Shown: positions 17,794 to 27,925 of the stretch, piece after piece
Layout of the letters: each line of letters starts with the position of its first letter
Position numbering within the stretch: position 1 is the stretch's first letter
Source of the DNA: Candidatus Micrarchaeia archaeon
GTDB lineage: Archaea; Micrarchaeota; Micrarchaeia; Norongarragalinales; Norongarragalinaceae
Assembly (NCBI GenBank): GCA_041648335.1
Contig: JBAZPG010000001.1
Coordinates: forward strand, 31,880 to 95,879
Direction: 5' to 3'
DNA: 64,000 nucleotides
Translations under genes and position numbers: made by a program
The notes under the pieces: model-generated
Seen by the model: only the letters and a program-made list of their open reading frames with translations
Databases searched by the model: none
What the model was told of the DNA's origin: nothing

Positions 17794-18396
17794 TCAACGG
17801 CGGGAAAGGAAGTAGATTCCCAAACCCATCACTGCCACGAGCGCCATCAACGCAACTGGAGTATAGTCGGGCGCAGTTGAACCCTGCGTTGCTTCGGCGG
17901 CTTCAGGCAAGTCCACTGCCGCCGCGACTACGCGCGGGGACTCGAACTCGTCGAGCACTTCTTCATCCAACTCTTTTTCCACGGTGTAGGAAACCGTCTT
18001 GGTTTCGCCGGGCTCAATGTTGTCGAACAGCCACGAAACGACTACGCTGCCTTTCTCGAACGCGTGCGGAACGACGGTGAAGTTCAACAGTTCGGCGGGC
18101 AGCTGGGCAACGCTGTCCGGCACGTGCTCCTTGAGGAAGAAGTCGCGCAACGGCGACGTCTGGTCGTTCCGGAGGAAGAGCGTAATCGTGCTGTAAAACC
18201 TGGTGCGCGAAACACCCGCTTCAACAGTGGTTATGTTGTACACCGCGAGCTCGCGCCAAACCGTGAGGCTCGAAGAGTTCCCACACATTATGGGCGTGTA
18301 ATGCCGCGTGTACACTTGGGTTTCGTTGAACACCACCGAGTATCCGGCAACGGAAAGCGAAACCAGCAATAATGCCAACAAGAGTGCGCGCGCCAT
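17794..18396 (-). CDS. secreted protein with signal peptide and C-terminal TM anchor (ends ..GIYFLSRR)
   Basis: N-term MARALLLALLLVSLSVAGYS; C-term hydrophobic + RR. Confidence 0.55.
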   Translation of the reverse strand: MARALLLALLLVSLSVAGYSVVFNETQVYTRHYTPIMCGNSSSLTVWRELAVYNITTVEAGVSRTRFYSTITLFLRNDQTSPLRDFFLKEHVPDSVAQLPAELLNFTVVPHAFEKGSVVVSWLFDNIEPGETKTVSYTVEKELDEEVLDEFESPRVVAAAVDLPEAAEATQGSTAPDYTPVALMALVAVMGLGIYFLSRR

Positions 18397-18596
18397 AAGT
18401 AAAGTGCGCGTCTTATAAATAATTCCTTAGCGCGGTTACTTGTTGAAGTGCATTGCAAGCAGTAGGAGCGCGATGAGCACGAGCAAGTCGAGTTCCGCCA
18501 AGGCGCGCCCTATCTCGAAACGCAAGTCCGAGGAAACCAGCACCAGCAACAAGAGCACGAAGCCCAGGCTCAAAACCGTTTTTGCCATAACGTAAA

Positions 18597-20252
18597 TCAA
18601 CTCACTCCGGCGTCGGACAGTTTCTTCTGTCCCCCGCCCTTGCGCCCCGAAAGCACTATCACCAGCAACGCGACGAGCACCAGGAAAGCGATGAACCAGG
18701 CGTTCTGGCTCAACGCGTAAGTGACGTAACCCGTGAGTCCCGAAGACGACGCCTTCATTACGGGCAGCTCGCTCGAACCGACTACCACGCCGTTCGACTT
18801 GACTACGAGCGTTCCGCGCGCCTCGCCGTCGCCCGGCTTCACCCAAAGCGTGACTTCGCGCTGCGAGTTCGCGGGCACGTCGAAACCGGATTCCGCTAGC
18901 ACGCTCCAGCCCTCGGGCAGGTTGATTACTTCCACGCTCACGTTCTCGAGCGGGCCGGGGAGCGCGTTGTCCACGCGCGCCACCACCTTATAGTAATCGT
19001 CCTCTTGCGTTGCGGACGCCTCGATTGCCTCCGAACACGGCTGCACGTGCAACGCGACAACGCCTTCGCCGCGCAACGCCACGGGCGCGCCGTCAGCGTT
19101 GATTACGCCCACGTTCATGAACACGGGTGCGGTTCCCGAGGGGACCTTGGACGCGTCTATCTGAATCGAAAACTCAGCTACCTCGCCCGGGGCAACGCCG
19201 ACTTTCGAGGGCGTGACGCTCGCGTACGAGGGCACTATGAAAGAATAATAGTCGTAACGCGTACCCAGGTTCGCAGCCGTGCCCTTGATTTCAGTGGAGC
19301 CGCACGCGAGCACGTTCGCCCCGGCGGGCAGGACGATGCGCGCCTCGAGGGTGTCGGGCACGTCCACGCACACGTCGCGTTCGGTTGCAACCACGCCGTC
19401 ACGGATTGCCTGTAGCGTCATCCAGTAGCGTCCGCCCGCACGCGTGCGCGAGGGCTGGAAGTCGATGAACACTTCTTGGAGTTGGTTACGCCCCAAGCTC
19501 ACGTAATCCTGTCCGAGCACCGCGCCAGCTTCTTCGGTGTCGCCTATCAAAGACAATTCGAACGTGCCGGCTGCGCCAGTGTTGAAGAGCGATAGTTCGG
19601 CGCGCCCCCATTCCCCGGAAGCAATGCTAAGGCACGCGGAATCCCCGTAGAACACCGCTTCTACTTCAGTGGGCTCGTAAAAGCGCGTGAAACTCAGCGA
19701 AGGCGTCTGCTCGTAAGCATAATCGTAAATCGCGCCGTACTCGTCGCATTCTCCGGGCACGCCGCAAATCGCGGGACTCGGGTAATAATACTGTTGGGGC
19801 GAGTACGAACCGTTCACCCAAATCGTGCAATCGTCCGACGGGGTAACCTCGACGACAAGACGCCGGGATTCCGTGCTGCACGCGCCCGAAGCAGTGCACA
19901 ACTGGGCAGTGACGTAAACCGTTTCCGCTCCGTGCAGGCAATCCGGTGAAGTCAGCGTGAGGTAAACCCCTTTGGCTTCGCCCGACTCTAGGTAGCCGAA
20001 CGGCGAATCGAACACCCCGTTGAGCTCCCCGGTGTCAGCCGAGAAAGAAATGAACGCTTCCTCATCCAGCGGGTTAGTAGTCCAATAATAGACGCTCGCC
20101 TGCTGGTCCGAGTACATCACCGCATAGTCCACGGACGACTTCAAGCCGCCAGCGTAAGCGGACGCGCACGCGCCCAGCAACACGGTCAAAGCGAAAATCG
20201 ACAGGAACTTGTTCAAACAATCCACCTTGTTACTATTCTTGAGTGAAAACAT
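18597..20252 (-). CDS. cell-surface protein with lipobox-like signal peptide (..LLGAC) and C-terminal TM + basic tail
   Basis: start taken at MFSLKNSNKVDCLNKFLSIFALTVLLGACASAYAGG (upstream in-frame extension to 20396 would overlap trmB); C-term WFIAFLVLVALLVIVLSGRKGGGQKK. Confidence 0.6.
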   Translation of the reverse strand: MFSLKNSNKVDCLNKFLSIFALTVLLGACASAYAGGLKSSVDYAVMYSDQQASVYYWTTNPLDEEAFISFSADTGELNGVFDSPFGYLESGEAKGVYLTLTSPDCLHGAETVYVTAQLCTASGACSTESRRLVVEVTPSDDCTIWVNGSYSPQQYYYPSPAICGVPGECDEYGAIYDYAYEQTPSLSFTRFYEPTEVEAVFYGDSACLSIASGEWGRAELSLFNTGAAGTFELSLIGDTEEAGAVLGQDYVSLGRNQLQEVFIDFQPSRTRAGGRYWMTLQAIRDGVVATERDVCVDVPDTLEARIVLPAGANVLACGSTEIKGTAANLGTRYDYYSFIVPSYASVTPSKVGVAPGEVAEFSIQIDASKVPSGTAPVFMNVGVINADGAPVALRGEGVVALHVQPCSEAIEASATQEDDYYKVVARVDNALPGPLENVSVEVINLPEGWSVLAESGFDVPANSQREVTLWVKPGDGEARGTLVVKSNGVVVGSSELPVMKASSSGLTGYVTYALSQNAWFIAFLVLVALLVIVLSGRKGGGQKKLSDAGVS

Positions 20253-20337
20253 ATATAAAGGTTGCTGGTGGTTAACTATTACAAAGATTGCGTCGCAGTG
20301 AAAAGTAACCGGTGACGAGTTTAAATAGGTGGATTGG

Positions 20338-21099
20338 ATGAATAAGTCGTGTGGGAATATGGCGCTTAACCCGGGTGTAATGGATTCCCTGCGCAAGCTG
20401 GGATTGAACCAGTACGAGGCAAAGGCGTATCACGCCCTGAATTCTTTCGGAGAGCACACGGCCGGGCAGTTGAGCGAGACCGCGGAAGTCCCCCGTCCGC
20501 GCATTTACGATGTTATCGAACGCCTCCAGAGCAAGGGGTTCGTCGCCATCCAAGCCGGGCGCCCGGTGAAATACCGCGCGCTCCCAATCGCGGAAGCGGT
20601 GAAGACGCTTAAGCGCCAGAAGCAGGACGGACTCGTGAACGAACTCGACCAAATCGAGAAACTCGGCAAGGAGTTGTCCGGACGGTTGACGCCGGGCGAA
20701 GGCACCGCGTCGAGCGAGGAGAGCGTCTGGACCCTCAAGGGCAGGGACGCGATTTACTCGAAGCTCGGCACCATGCTCGCGGGCGCGAAGAACCACATCG
20801 TACTTAATTCCTCACAGGAGGGTTTACTCCAGAAACTCAAGGCGAACGAAGCCGTGCTGTTGAAGGCGAAGAAGCGCGGCGCGAAAATCCACTTCGTTTC
20901 ACCCGAGGCACTCACGGGCGAGGAAAGCAAACTCGCGCACGCTTGTTTCGGCAGGAGCGTGCCCACGCGCATGGCTATCGCGGACGACCAGGCACTCTTG
21001 TTCCTCACGGAAGCGAAAACGAATCCCGAGGACGAGGTAGGCCTCTGGATAAAGAGTCCGCACATCGCCGAGACGCTCAAAAAAATAGTCGGCGGCTGA
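20338..21099 (+). CDS. TrmB-family transcriptional regulator
   Basis: N-terminal wHTH LGLNQYEAKAYHALNSFGEHTAGQLSE..PRPRIYDVIERLQSKGFV; TTTAAATA at 20320 suggests a leaderless start could instead be ATG 20359. Confidence 0.75.
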   Translation: MNKSCGNMALNPGVMDSLRKLGLNQYEAKAYHALNSFGEHTAGQLSETAEVPRPRIYDVIERLQSKGFVAIQAGRPVKYRALPIAEAVKTLKRQKQDGLVNELDQIEKLGKELSGRLTPGEGTASSEESVWTLKGRDAIYSKLGTMLAGAKNHIVLNSSQEGLLQKLKANEAVLLKAKKRGAKIHFVSPEALTGEESKLAHACFGRSVPTRMAIADDQALLFLTEAKTNPEDEVGLWIKSPHIAETLKKIVGG

Positions 21100-21139
21100 A
21101 AAAGCAAAGCCGCTTTTGGAAAGGAATTATTTTCTACGC

Positions 21140-21850
21140 TCAGTCGTCGGTTTCCGCTTCAACTTTTTCTTCCACGGGTGCCGCAGTCTCTTCAACCTTC
21201 GGCTTCGCCTCTTCCTTGACCGGCTCTTCCGCGTTGTCCTGTTTGATTACTTCCTCGGTGTCGAAGAGTTCCTTGAGCTGGGTCTTGTAGATTTCCACAG
21301 TCTTGATGGGCACCGCGATCTTGCGTATCGCGTTCACCGACTCGGCCGAGGTCTTGCCATAGAGCGTGTCGAGGATGAACTCGCCGAACGCCTGCTTGGC
21401 GACCTTCTCGAACACGAACTTGCGCGCGGCGTGCCGGAGCGCGGTCTTCTGCTTGTTGCTGCACTTCTCGGTAGTCACCACCATCAGCTTGACGGTGAAC
21501 TCCACGCCGTCCGCGGACTTCGCGGGGAACACGACTTGGAGCGCGTCCCTGCGGCGGCGCACGAGCGTCCCGAGGTACTCGCGGGCGGTCTCGTGCTTGA
21601 TGAACTTCGTGAACGCCTTGCCCCCGACTATCTCGAAGACGCGGAGGTAGATGTTCGTGTACGTGTGGTTCAAGTCGCGCGTTATCTCCCTGAGCGGGAG
21701 CTTTATCACGCGGTTCATGAGGTGGTCGTCGTCCGTCGCCGGCACCTGGGCCAGCTCGGACTCCCCGAGGAAGCGGGGCGAAATCACCTTGTACCACTTC
21801 TTTCGTTTCCACGAATCGATCTTGGTCTTAGTCACAACAGCCATTTTCAC
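21140..21850 (-). CDS. rps3ae: 30S ribosomal protein S3Ae (S1e)
   Basis: KKWYKVISP..., typical S3Ae length, acidic C-terminus. Confidence 0.9.
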   Translation of the reverse strand: MKMAVVTKTKIDSWKRKKWYKVISPRFLGESELAQVPATDDDHLMNRVIKLPLREITRDLNHTYTNIYLRVFEIVGGKAFTKFIKHETAREYLGTLVRRRRDALQVVFPAKSADGVEFTVKLMVVTTEKCSNKQKTALRHAARKFVFEKVAKQAFGEFILDTLYGKTSAESVNAIRKIAVPIKTVEIYKTQLKELFDTEEVIKQDNAEEPVKEEAKPKVEETAAPVEEKVEAETDD

Positions 21851-22299
21851 TTCACCAACAGAGCCGCGGTTTCGGGTTCGTACTTCCAGTTCGCGGGCAA
21901 CTTGTTGCCGCGGTAGTACCTTACCAACCGCTTAATCTTAGATTCCACGTGAGAGAGCTTGACGCGGTTCAACACGTCGCGCTTGTTGTCGGCGAGGTGC
22001 TTGCGCATGCTCACCGCCCTCCGGATCAAGTCGAGCAAGTCGCTCGGGTACGCGGGAGAGAGCTTCTGCTCCTTGAGTATCGCGCTCATGCTCTTCCCCG
22101 TGAGCGCCTTCACCGAGGGCACCGCGTGCTTGTCGCGGAGTATCTGCCCGATTTGGGATTCCGTCTTGCCCTCCTTCGAGAGGCGCGCCACGAGCTGGAT
22201 TATCTCCTCCTTGGAGAGCTTCACCCACGCCTCCGCCGTGCTCGTGCGCGGCTTGGCGGAGCGCGACTTCCCCCGCTTCCTTGAATGCAACCTTGCCAT
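21847..22299 (-). CDS. rps15: 30S ribosomal protein S15 (S13e)
   Basis: MARLHSRKRGKSRS...SQIGQILRD...VRYYRG. Confidence 0.9.
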   Translation of the reverse strand: MARLHSRKRGKSRSAKPRTSTAEAWVKLSKEEIIQLVARLSKEGKTESQIGQILRDKHAVPSVKALTGKSMSAILKEQKLSPAYPSDLLDLIRRAVSMRKHLADNKRDVLNRVKLSHVESKIKRLVRYYRGNKLPANWKYEPETAALLVK

Positions 22300-22306
22300 T
22301 TGTTTT

Positions 22307-24655
22307 TCACCTGTTTTCGAACTCGAGCGCGAGCCCGCCTGGGCGGGGCCTGAACTCCAAGTTCTTTATTTTTCCGACTGCCGCGATTTCATCCTGCACG
22401 TCCGCGAGCCCCTTGCACACCGCCTCGGGCGCGAGCACTGCGGCGTACTCGAGCTCGGCGTTCAACGCCATCGCGTTGGCTGCCTTGTGCTGGCGAACCA
22501 TCGAGAGGACTTCGTGGAGCCACGCCACGATGTTGCGCGTGTTCTCGTCCGCCTCGTGCACTGCCGCGGGCCACTCCAGCTTTTCGCCCGCATAAATTCC
22601 CGCGTTTATCTCGCGCGAGATGAAGGGGGCGAACGGCGAGAGCATGGCGAGGCAGTCCTTGAGCACCGAGCGCAGCGTCCACTGTGCGGCGAGCTTGTCC
22701 TCCTCGTCCGCACCGTACACGCGGTACTTGACGTCCTCGAGATAGTTGTCGCAGTAGGAGTGCCAGAAGAAATCATAGAGCGCGGTTATCGCGGAATAAT
22801 ACTCGTAAGCGTCCATCGCCTTGGTGACGCGTTCGACGCACCGCGAGCACTCGGAGAGAATCCAGCGGTCGGTCAAACGTAGGCGGTGGCTTTTCGCGGG
22901 TTTGTAGCCTTCGGAGGCGCGCTCGACGAAAGCGGAGGCGTTCCACAGCTTGGTGGCGAACGCCTTGGCGTAGTTCACATCCTTCCAGTAGAACACGTTG
23001 TCCTTGCCTGTGGAGCCGCTTAACGCAGCCCACTGGCGGAGCGCGTCCGCACCCGCCTTTACAATAACTTGTTTTGCCTCAACGTAATTGTCAAGCGACT
23101 TGCTCATCTTCTTGCCGTTCTCGCCGCACACCATGCCGTTCACGAGCACGTCCTTGAAGCACGGCTTGCCCGTGAGCTTGAGGCAGCGGAAAATCGTGTA
23201 GAACGCCCAAGTACGGATTATGTCCGTGCCCTGGGGGCGCAGGCTCGAGGGGTAGAGGCGCTCGTCGAACTTGTCCGGCCAACCCGCCACGATGAGCGGC
23301 GTTATGCTGGAATCCACCCAGCCGTCGCACACACTCGTCTCCCCGATGAGTTCGCCGCCGCACGCGCACTTGTGGGGGGCGGGGTCGCGCGCCGGGTCAA
23401 CGGGCAACGCGGCTTCGTCGGGCACTGCGATTTTGCCGCACGACTTGCAATACCAGAAGGGCAGGGGCGTTCCGAATACGCGCTGGCGCGAAATGCACCA
23501 ATCCCACTCCAAGTTTTCCGTCCAGTCCTTGAACATCTGGAGGGTGTGCGCGGGAATCCAATTCATCTGCGTAGCCGCGTCGAGTATCTCCTTCTTGTGG
23601 GCTGCCACGCGGATGAACCACTGCGCCGAACGCTTTAGTTCAACGGGGCGCTTGCAACGGTCGTGGAGCTTGACGGTCTGCCTGAGGGACTCCTGCTTCT
23701 CGAGCAAGCCGGCGGTGTCGAGTTCCGCGAGTATCTGCTTGCGCGCCTCGACTGCCTTGAGCCCGTCGAACTTGCCCGCGTTTATGAGACGGCCGCGCTC
23801 GTCGAACGCGTCGATAATCTTGAATGAGTGGCGGTGCGTCCAGACAACATCTTGGTTGTCGCCGAAAGTGCACACCATCACGAGTCCGGTGCCGAACTCC
23901 TTGTCAACGTCATTGTCCGCGAGCAAAGGCACCTCGTTCCCGAACAACGGCGTCGTGGTCTTCGCGGGGAGCTTGGAGTAACGAACGTCCGAGGGGTGAT
24001 AGAGCACCGCGACGCACGCGTGCAACAGTTCGGGGCGTGTAGTCGCGACGAGCAACTCCCCGCCGAACTTCACGTAATTCAACTGCGTCTCGCGTTCGGC
24101 TTCCTCAGTCTCCGCTTTCGCGATGGCGCTCGCGCACTCCGGACACCACAGCACCGCGTGCTCGCCGCGGTAGACGAGCCCGTCGGCGTGCATCTTGAGG
24201 AGCGAGGACTGCACCGCGCGCAGGTAGTAATCGTGAATCGTGTAATACTCGCGACTCCAGTCGATTGATAACCCCATGCGCGCCATCTGGGGCTTCATGG
24301 AACCGACCACTTCCGCGGTCCACTCGAGGCACTTCGCGCGGAACTCCTCGCGCGGCAACTGTTTACCCCACTTCTTTTCAACTTTGACTTCAGTGGGAAA
24401 ACCGTGGCAGTCCCAGCCCTGGGGGAAGAGCACCTCGAAGCCGCGCATGCGCTTGTAGCGCGCCGCGAAATCTATGTAACACCAGTTGATCACGTGCCCC
24501 ATGTGGAACTCGCCCGTGGGAAAGGGCGGGGGAGTGTCGATTACATAGAACGGCTTCTCCGCGTCTGCGTTGAACTTGAACTCTCCGCTCGCCGTCCACT
24601 CGGCGGCAAGGCGGGACTCGACTTGTTCAACAGCGTATTTCTTGTCTAGGGGCAA
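22307..24655 (-). CDS. valS: valyl-tRNA synthetase (class I, HMGH + KMSKS)
   Basis: TPPPFPTGEFHMGH, KMSKSLDNY; start placed at TTG 24655 two nt after the L24e stop (the in-frame ATG at 24739 would overlap L24e by about 80 nt). Confidence 0.8.
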   Translation of the reverse strand: MPLDKKYAVEQVESRLAAEWTASGEFKFNADAEKPFYVIDTPPPFPTGEFHMGHVINWCYIDFAARYKRMRGFEVLFPQGWDCHGFPTEVKVEKKWGKQLPREEFRAKCLEWTAEVVGSMKPQMARMGLSIDWSREYYTIHDYYLRAVQSSLLKMHADGLVYRGEHAVLWCPECASAIAKAETEEAERETQLNYVKFGGELLVATTRPELLHACVAVLYHPSDVRYSKLPAKTTTPLFGNEVPLLADNDVDKEFGTGLVMVCTFGDNQDVVWTHRHSFKIIDAFDERGRLINAGKFDGLKAVEARKQILAELDTAGLLEKQESLRQTVKLHDRCKRPVELKRSAQWFIRVAAHKKEILDAATQMNWIPAHTLQMFKDWTENLEWDWCISRQRVFGTPLPFWYCKSCGKIAVPDEAALPVDPARDPAPHKCACGGELIGETSVCDGWVDSSITPLIVAGWPDKFDERLYPSSLRPQGTDIIRTWAFYTIFRCLKLTGKPCFKDVLVNGMVCGENGKKMSKSLDNYVEAKQVIVKAGADALRQWAALSGSTGKDNVFYWKDVNYAKAFATKLWNASAFVERASEGYKPAKSHRLRLTDRWILSECSRCVERVTKAMDAYEYYSAITALYDFFWHSYCDNYLEDVKYRVYGADEEDKLAAQWTLRSVLKDCLAMLSPFAPFISREINAGIYAGEKLEWPAAVHEADENTRNIVAWLHEVLSMVRQHKAANAMALNAELEYAAVLAPEAVCKGLADVQDEIAAVGKIKNLEFRPRPGGLALEFENR

Positions 24656-24657
24656 GG

Positions 24658-24852
24658 CTAGGCACGACCCCCTGCCGACCACTTCCGCTCGCGCGGGTTC
24701 CGCTTGAGCGCCGCGTTCCGCAGGCACTTGCGGGAACAATAGTAAGTGGGGGTTCCGTCCTTGGCGAACCTAGTCGCACCCTCCATCAAGCCCGCGGGCT
24801 TGGAACAGAAGGCGCACTTGCGCGCTGCGAAAGCGAATTTTATTCTAGCCAT
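24658..24852 (-). CDS. rpl24e: 50S ribosomal protein L24e
   Basis: C..C....YYCS.KC zinc-ribbon, 64 aa. Confidence 0.85.
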   Translation of the reverse strand: MARIKFAFAARKCAFCSKPAGLMEGATRFAKDGTPTYYCSRKCLRNAALKRNPRERKWSAGGRA

Positions 24853-24860
24853 ATTTCAAA

Positions 24861-25184
24861 TCACTTCCTCTTTTTCGCCTTCGCGGACTTTATGGGCTTG
24901 GCTTCGCGTTCGGTTTCCGCGAGCACGAGTAAGTCGCCCTTTTTCACGGGTCCCTTGACGTTCCTGCGGATTACGCGCCCCTTGTCCTTGCCCTCGAGCA
25001 CGCGGCACATCACTTGGAGTACTTCACCGAACACGCCCGCGCGTCCGAGAACGTCCACCACTTCCGCGGAGTAACCGTTCTGGTAGAACGCGGGCTTGGC
25101 GGGTGCCGGTTGCACGGGAGCCGGCTGTGCGGGAGCCGGCGGCTTTTCCTTGGCTTCAACCTGGTTGGCCATGTTGGAAATCAC
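24861..25184 (-). CDS. rps28e: 30S ribosomal protein S28e with Pro/Ala-rich N-terminal extension
   Basis: [43 protein letters not shown]. Confidence 0.85.
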   Translation of the reverse strand: MISNMANQVEAKEKPPAPAQPAPVQPAPAKPAFYQNGYSAEVVDVLGRAGVFGEVLQVMCRVLEGKDKGRVIRRNVKGPVKKGDLLVLAETEREAKPIKSAKAKKRK

Positions 25185-25651
25185 TCTTCAGCCGTTTCGG
25201 CAGTTTTCTCTGCGGGCGCCTTCTTCTCCTTCTTGACGGGCTTCTCCTTCTTCTCAACGGGCTTCTCCGTCTTGGGTGAGGCACCGCCTGCGATTGAGGA
25301 CAAGCGCTCGATTACGAGCTTGAGCGCGCCTTCTCCCGCGCCGGCCTTGACTATCGCCACTGCGGAAGTACCCACGCTGAGCCCGGCCGCCTTGCCGAGC
25401 AAGGTCTTCTGTGAAACGTACAACAGCGGGGCGTTCTTCTCTTCGCACAAGCCCGGCAGGTGCATCACGATTTCCTCGGGGTCAACGTCCTCTGCGACGA
25501 CGACGAGCTTGGCTTGTCCGCGCTCGATTGCCTTCGTGGCTTCGTTGACTCCCTTGCGCAAGCCGCCCTCGTTGGACGCTGCTTCTACCGCTTCAAGGGC
25601 CTTCGCTTGGAGGTCCTCGGGCGTGGAAAACTTTACGTAACCCTTCGCCAT
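25181..25651 (-). CDS. rpl7ae: 50S ribosomal protein L7Ae (K-turn binding) with Lys-rich C-terminal extension
   Basis: [36 protein letters not shown]...V..K..LG.A.G; conserved L7Ae-S28e-L24e order. Confidence 0.9.
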   Translation of the reverse strand: MAKGYVKFSTPEDLQAKALEAVEAASNEGGLRKGVNEATKAIERGQAKLVVVAEDVDPEEIVMHLPGLCEEKNAPLLYVSQKTLLGKAAGLSVGTSAVAIVKAGAGEGALKLVIERLSSIAGGASPKTEKPVEKKEKPVKKEKKAPAEKTAETAEE

Positions 25652-25789
25652 ACCTTACAACACCTCTTTCACGGAACCATCATGGAATTCCGGTTCTCTA
25701 GTCGGGTGCTAAACCCAAAAACTAGCATAGTAAAAACGCTGAAACCGATTTAAATACGTTGCGGAGGGAAACCCTAGTGGTGGTGCGTT

Positions 25790-26836
25790 TTGAACATTAA
25801 GGAACTGCTCGCGGAGATGACTCCCGAAATCGACGCGGAAATCGAGAGGATAGTCCCCCGCAAGTTCGACAACGCAGCAATCGCGCGCTTGTGCGGTCCC
25901 GCAAAGTATGATTACGATGTTGAAACCGCTACCAAAGCCATAGCCGAGCCCTTCTGGGACTTTTTTGACCGCGGCGGAAAGCGCCTCCGTCCGGCATTAT
26001 TACTATTGACCGCGGAAGCGTTCAACGGCGACATGGAGAAAATCAAACCGTTCTGCGTCATACCTGAAGTAGTCCACAACGGCACACTAATCGTGGACGA
26101 CATCGAAGACGGTTCGAAGCTTCGCCGTGGAGAGCCGTGCACGCACGAAAAATACGGATTGGATCTTGGTATAAACCTAGGCAATACTATGTATTACATA
26201 ACCCTCCCGCTATTCCATGAGAGCTCGTTCGACGCTGAAACCAAGAACAAGGCACTGAAAATATATTACGATGAAATGATTCGCGTTTCGTTCGGACAGG
26301 CATTCGACATTTGGTGGCACAAAGGCAACTCAGAACCGAATGAAAACCAATACCTACAAATGTGCTCTTATAAAACGGGGTGTCTGATGCGCATGGCCGC
26401 AAAACTTGGCGCAGTGCTCGCGGACGCGACCCCAGAACAGGTGACGGCGTGCGGCGAGTACGCGGAAAGCCTGGGTGTTGGCTTCCAGATACAGGACGAC
26501 ATACTCGATTTGGTGGGCGAAGAGTTCGCCAAGAAACGCCGCCTCGGCGAAGACGTGCACGAAGGCAAGCGCACCCTCATGGTGATTCACGCGTTCGCCA
26601 ACTCACCCAAGGCGGAACGCCTGCGCGAAATCCTCGCGAAACACACCGAGGACGAAGCCGAGATAGGCGAAGCGATAGCAATAATGCGCGAGGCGGGTTC
26701 AATCGACTACGCGAAACAGAAGGCGCGCTCGCTCGCGTCGGACGCGTGGAAAATCCTCGAACCCCTCCTGCCGAACGGGGAACCAAAGGAGAAACTCGAA
26801 GCATTGACACGTTACCTCGTGGAACGCGAAATATAA
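25790..26836 (+). CDS. idsA: geranylgeranyl diphosphate synthase (trans-polyprenyl synthase)
   Basis: first Asp-rich motif VDDIEDGSKLRRG and second DDILD. Confidence 0.85.
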   Translation: MNIKELLAEMTPEIDAEIERIVPRKFDNAAIARLCGPAKYDYDVETATKAIAEPFWDFFDRGGKRLRPALLLLTAEAFNGDMEKIKPFCVIPEVVHNGTLIVDDIEDGSKLRRGEPCTHEKYGLDLGINLGNTMYYITLPLFHESSFDAETKNKALKIYYDEMIRVSFGQAFDIWWHKGNSEPNENQYLQMCSYKTGCLMRMAAKLGAVLADATPEQVTACGEYAESLGVGFQIQDDILDLVGEEFAKKRRLGEDVHEGKRTLMVIHAFANSPKAERLREILAKHTEDEAEIGEAIAIMREAGSIDYAKQKARSLASDAWKILEPLLPNGEPKEKLEALTRYLVEREI

Positions 26837-26862
26837 TAACGCGCAAGGACGGAATACATTCC

Positions 26863-27921
26863 ATGTTAGCCTGTTTCGCAAGCAACCGCCCCGAACAACT
26901 GGCACGCGCTCTCTCGGCTTACGCGCCCCAGCTCACCGGGCACGAACTCCTCGTGATAGACACGGACGCGACTCACGGAGAGAACGCCGCGAAACTGCCT
27001 GCGAACGCATTGCACTATTCCGAAACCGAGTTCCCTGAAATGTTTCCGGACCACGCGCGGGCGTTCCAAGGCAAGTACGGGGGCGTGCGCAACCAGTGCC
27101 TGGCAGTTGCCGCGGCGCGGAAACAAGGCGCGGTTTTCCTGGACGACGACACCCTCCCGTTGAATGACGTTATCCGCCGCCACGAGAACGCGCTCGAAAA
27201 GGGCTACGACATCGTGTGCGGCAAATACTTGGGACACGCAGGCGGCTCTACGAACCTCGTAATCCAGCTCGTGAACGAGTTGAACCAGAAGGAGCCGCGC
27301 CCCGAGAAAATCAAGAACATATTCTCCGGGTTGCCGGAGGCGACGAACTCGCTCGTGCTCGGCGCGGGAGTGAACGGCGGCAACCTCGGCGTTAGCTTGA
27401 ACGCCTGCCGCACGTACGCGTTCTACCCCACGGCTTACCGCGTGGAAGACGGCACTTACGCTTCACTCAACAGCTACTACCTGGGGGCGGACCGCGTTTA
27501 CAACCCGCAGACGCGCGTGGAAGCCGAATCCTACCTCCCGGTCGTGTTACACAAGATGGCGCCCGGCACCCCGGACGCGTTCCGCAAGAAACTCGTTAAC
27601 GAAATCCAGGGCACGAGCCTCGCACTCGCGATTTACAACCGCCTCGAGAAACGCGAGTCCAACCGAACCGAAAACACGGACAAGAGCTTCCAGGAATATT
27701 TGGTGGCTTACCTCCAGAAGAACTCGGCAGCCAAAAACTATCCCGCACGCATGCCCCCCGAATTAACCGAGGAGAAAAAGGAACTCGAAAAACTGCTCGC
27801 GTTGACTCCCGACGCAATCGCGCTCCCCGAAAAAGAGTACGATGCGGGCGTCGAGCTCTTTTTCGAAACCCAACGCGACTGGAAGGAAACCGTGAAGCAA
27901 GCGGAAAAGAAACTGGGCTGA
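26863..27921 (+). CDS. hypothetical protein, possibly GT-A-like glycosyltransferase (DDD motif)
   Basis: ATG at 26863 chosen because the longer ORF would overlap idsA; FLDDDTLP resembles DxD. Confidence 0.4.
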   Translation: MLACFASNRPEQLARALSAYAPQLTGHELLVIDTDATHGENAAKLPANALHYSETEFPEMFPDHARAFQGKYGGVRNQCLAVAAARKQGAVFLDDDTLPLNDVIRRHENALEKGYDIVCGKYLGHAGGSTNLVIQLVNELNQKEPRPEKIKNIFSGLPEATNSLVLGAGVNGGNLGVSLNACRTYAFYPTAYRVEDGTYASLNSYYLGADRVYNPQTRVEAESYLPVVLHKMAPGTPDAFRKKLVNEIQGTSLALAIYNRLEKRESNRTENTDKSFQEYLVAYLQKNSAAKNYPARMPPELTEEKKELEKLLALTPDAIALPEKEYDAGVELFFETQRDWKETVKQAEKKLG

Positions 27922-27925
27922 CTGG

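Noticed and set aside
20253-20262. TTTATATA (minus strand) immediately adjacent to ATG 20252 of the surface protein gene
   Set aside because: It is too close to the start codon to be its TATA box (about 26 nt spacing expected); true start/promoter unresolved.
26380-26862. Extended N-terminus of ORF 26380-27921
   Set aside because: It overlaps the 3' half of the GGPP synthase gene in another frame; the internal ATG 26863 just after the idsA stop is the plausible start.
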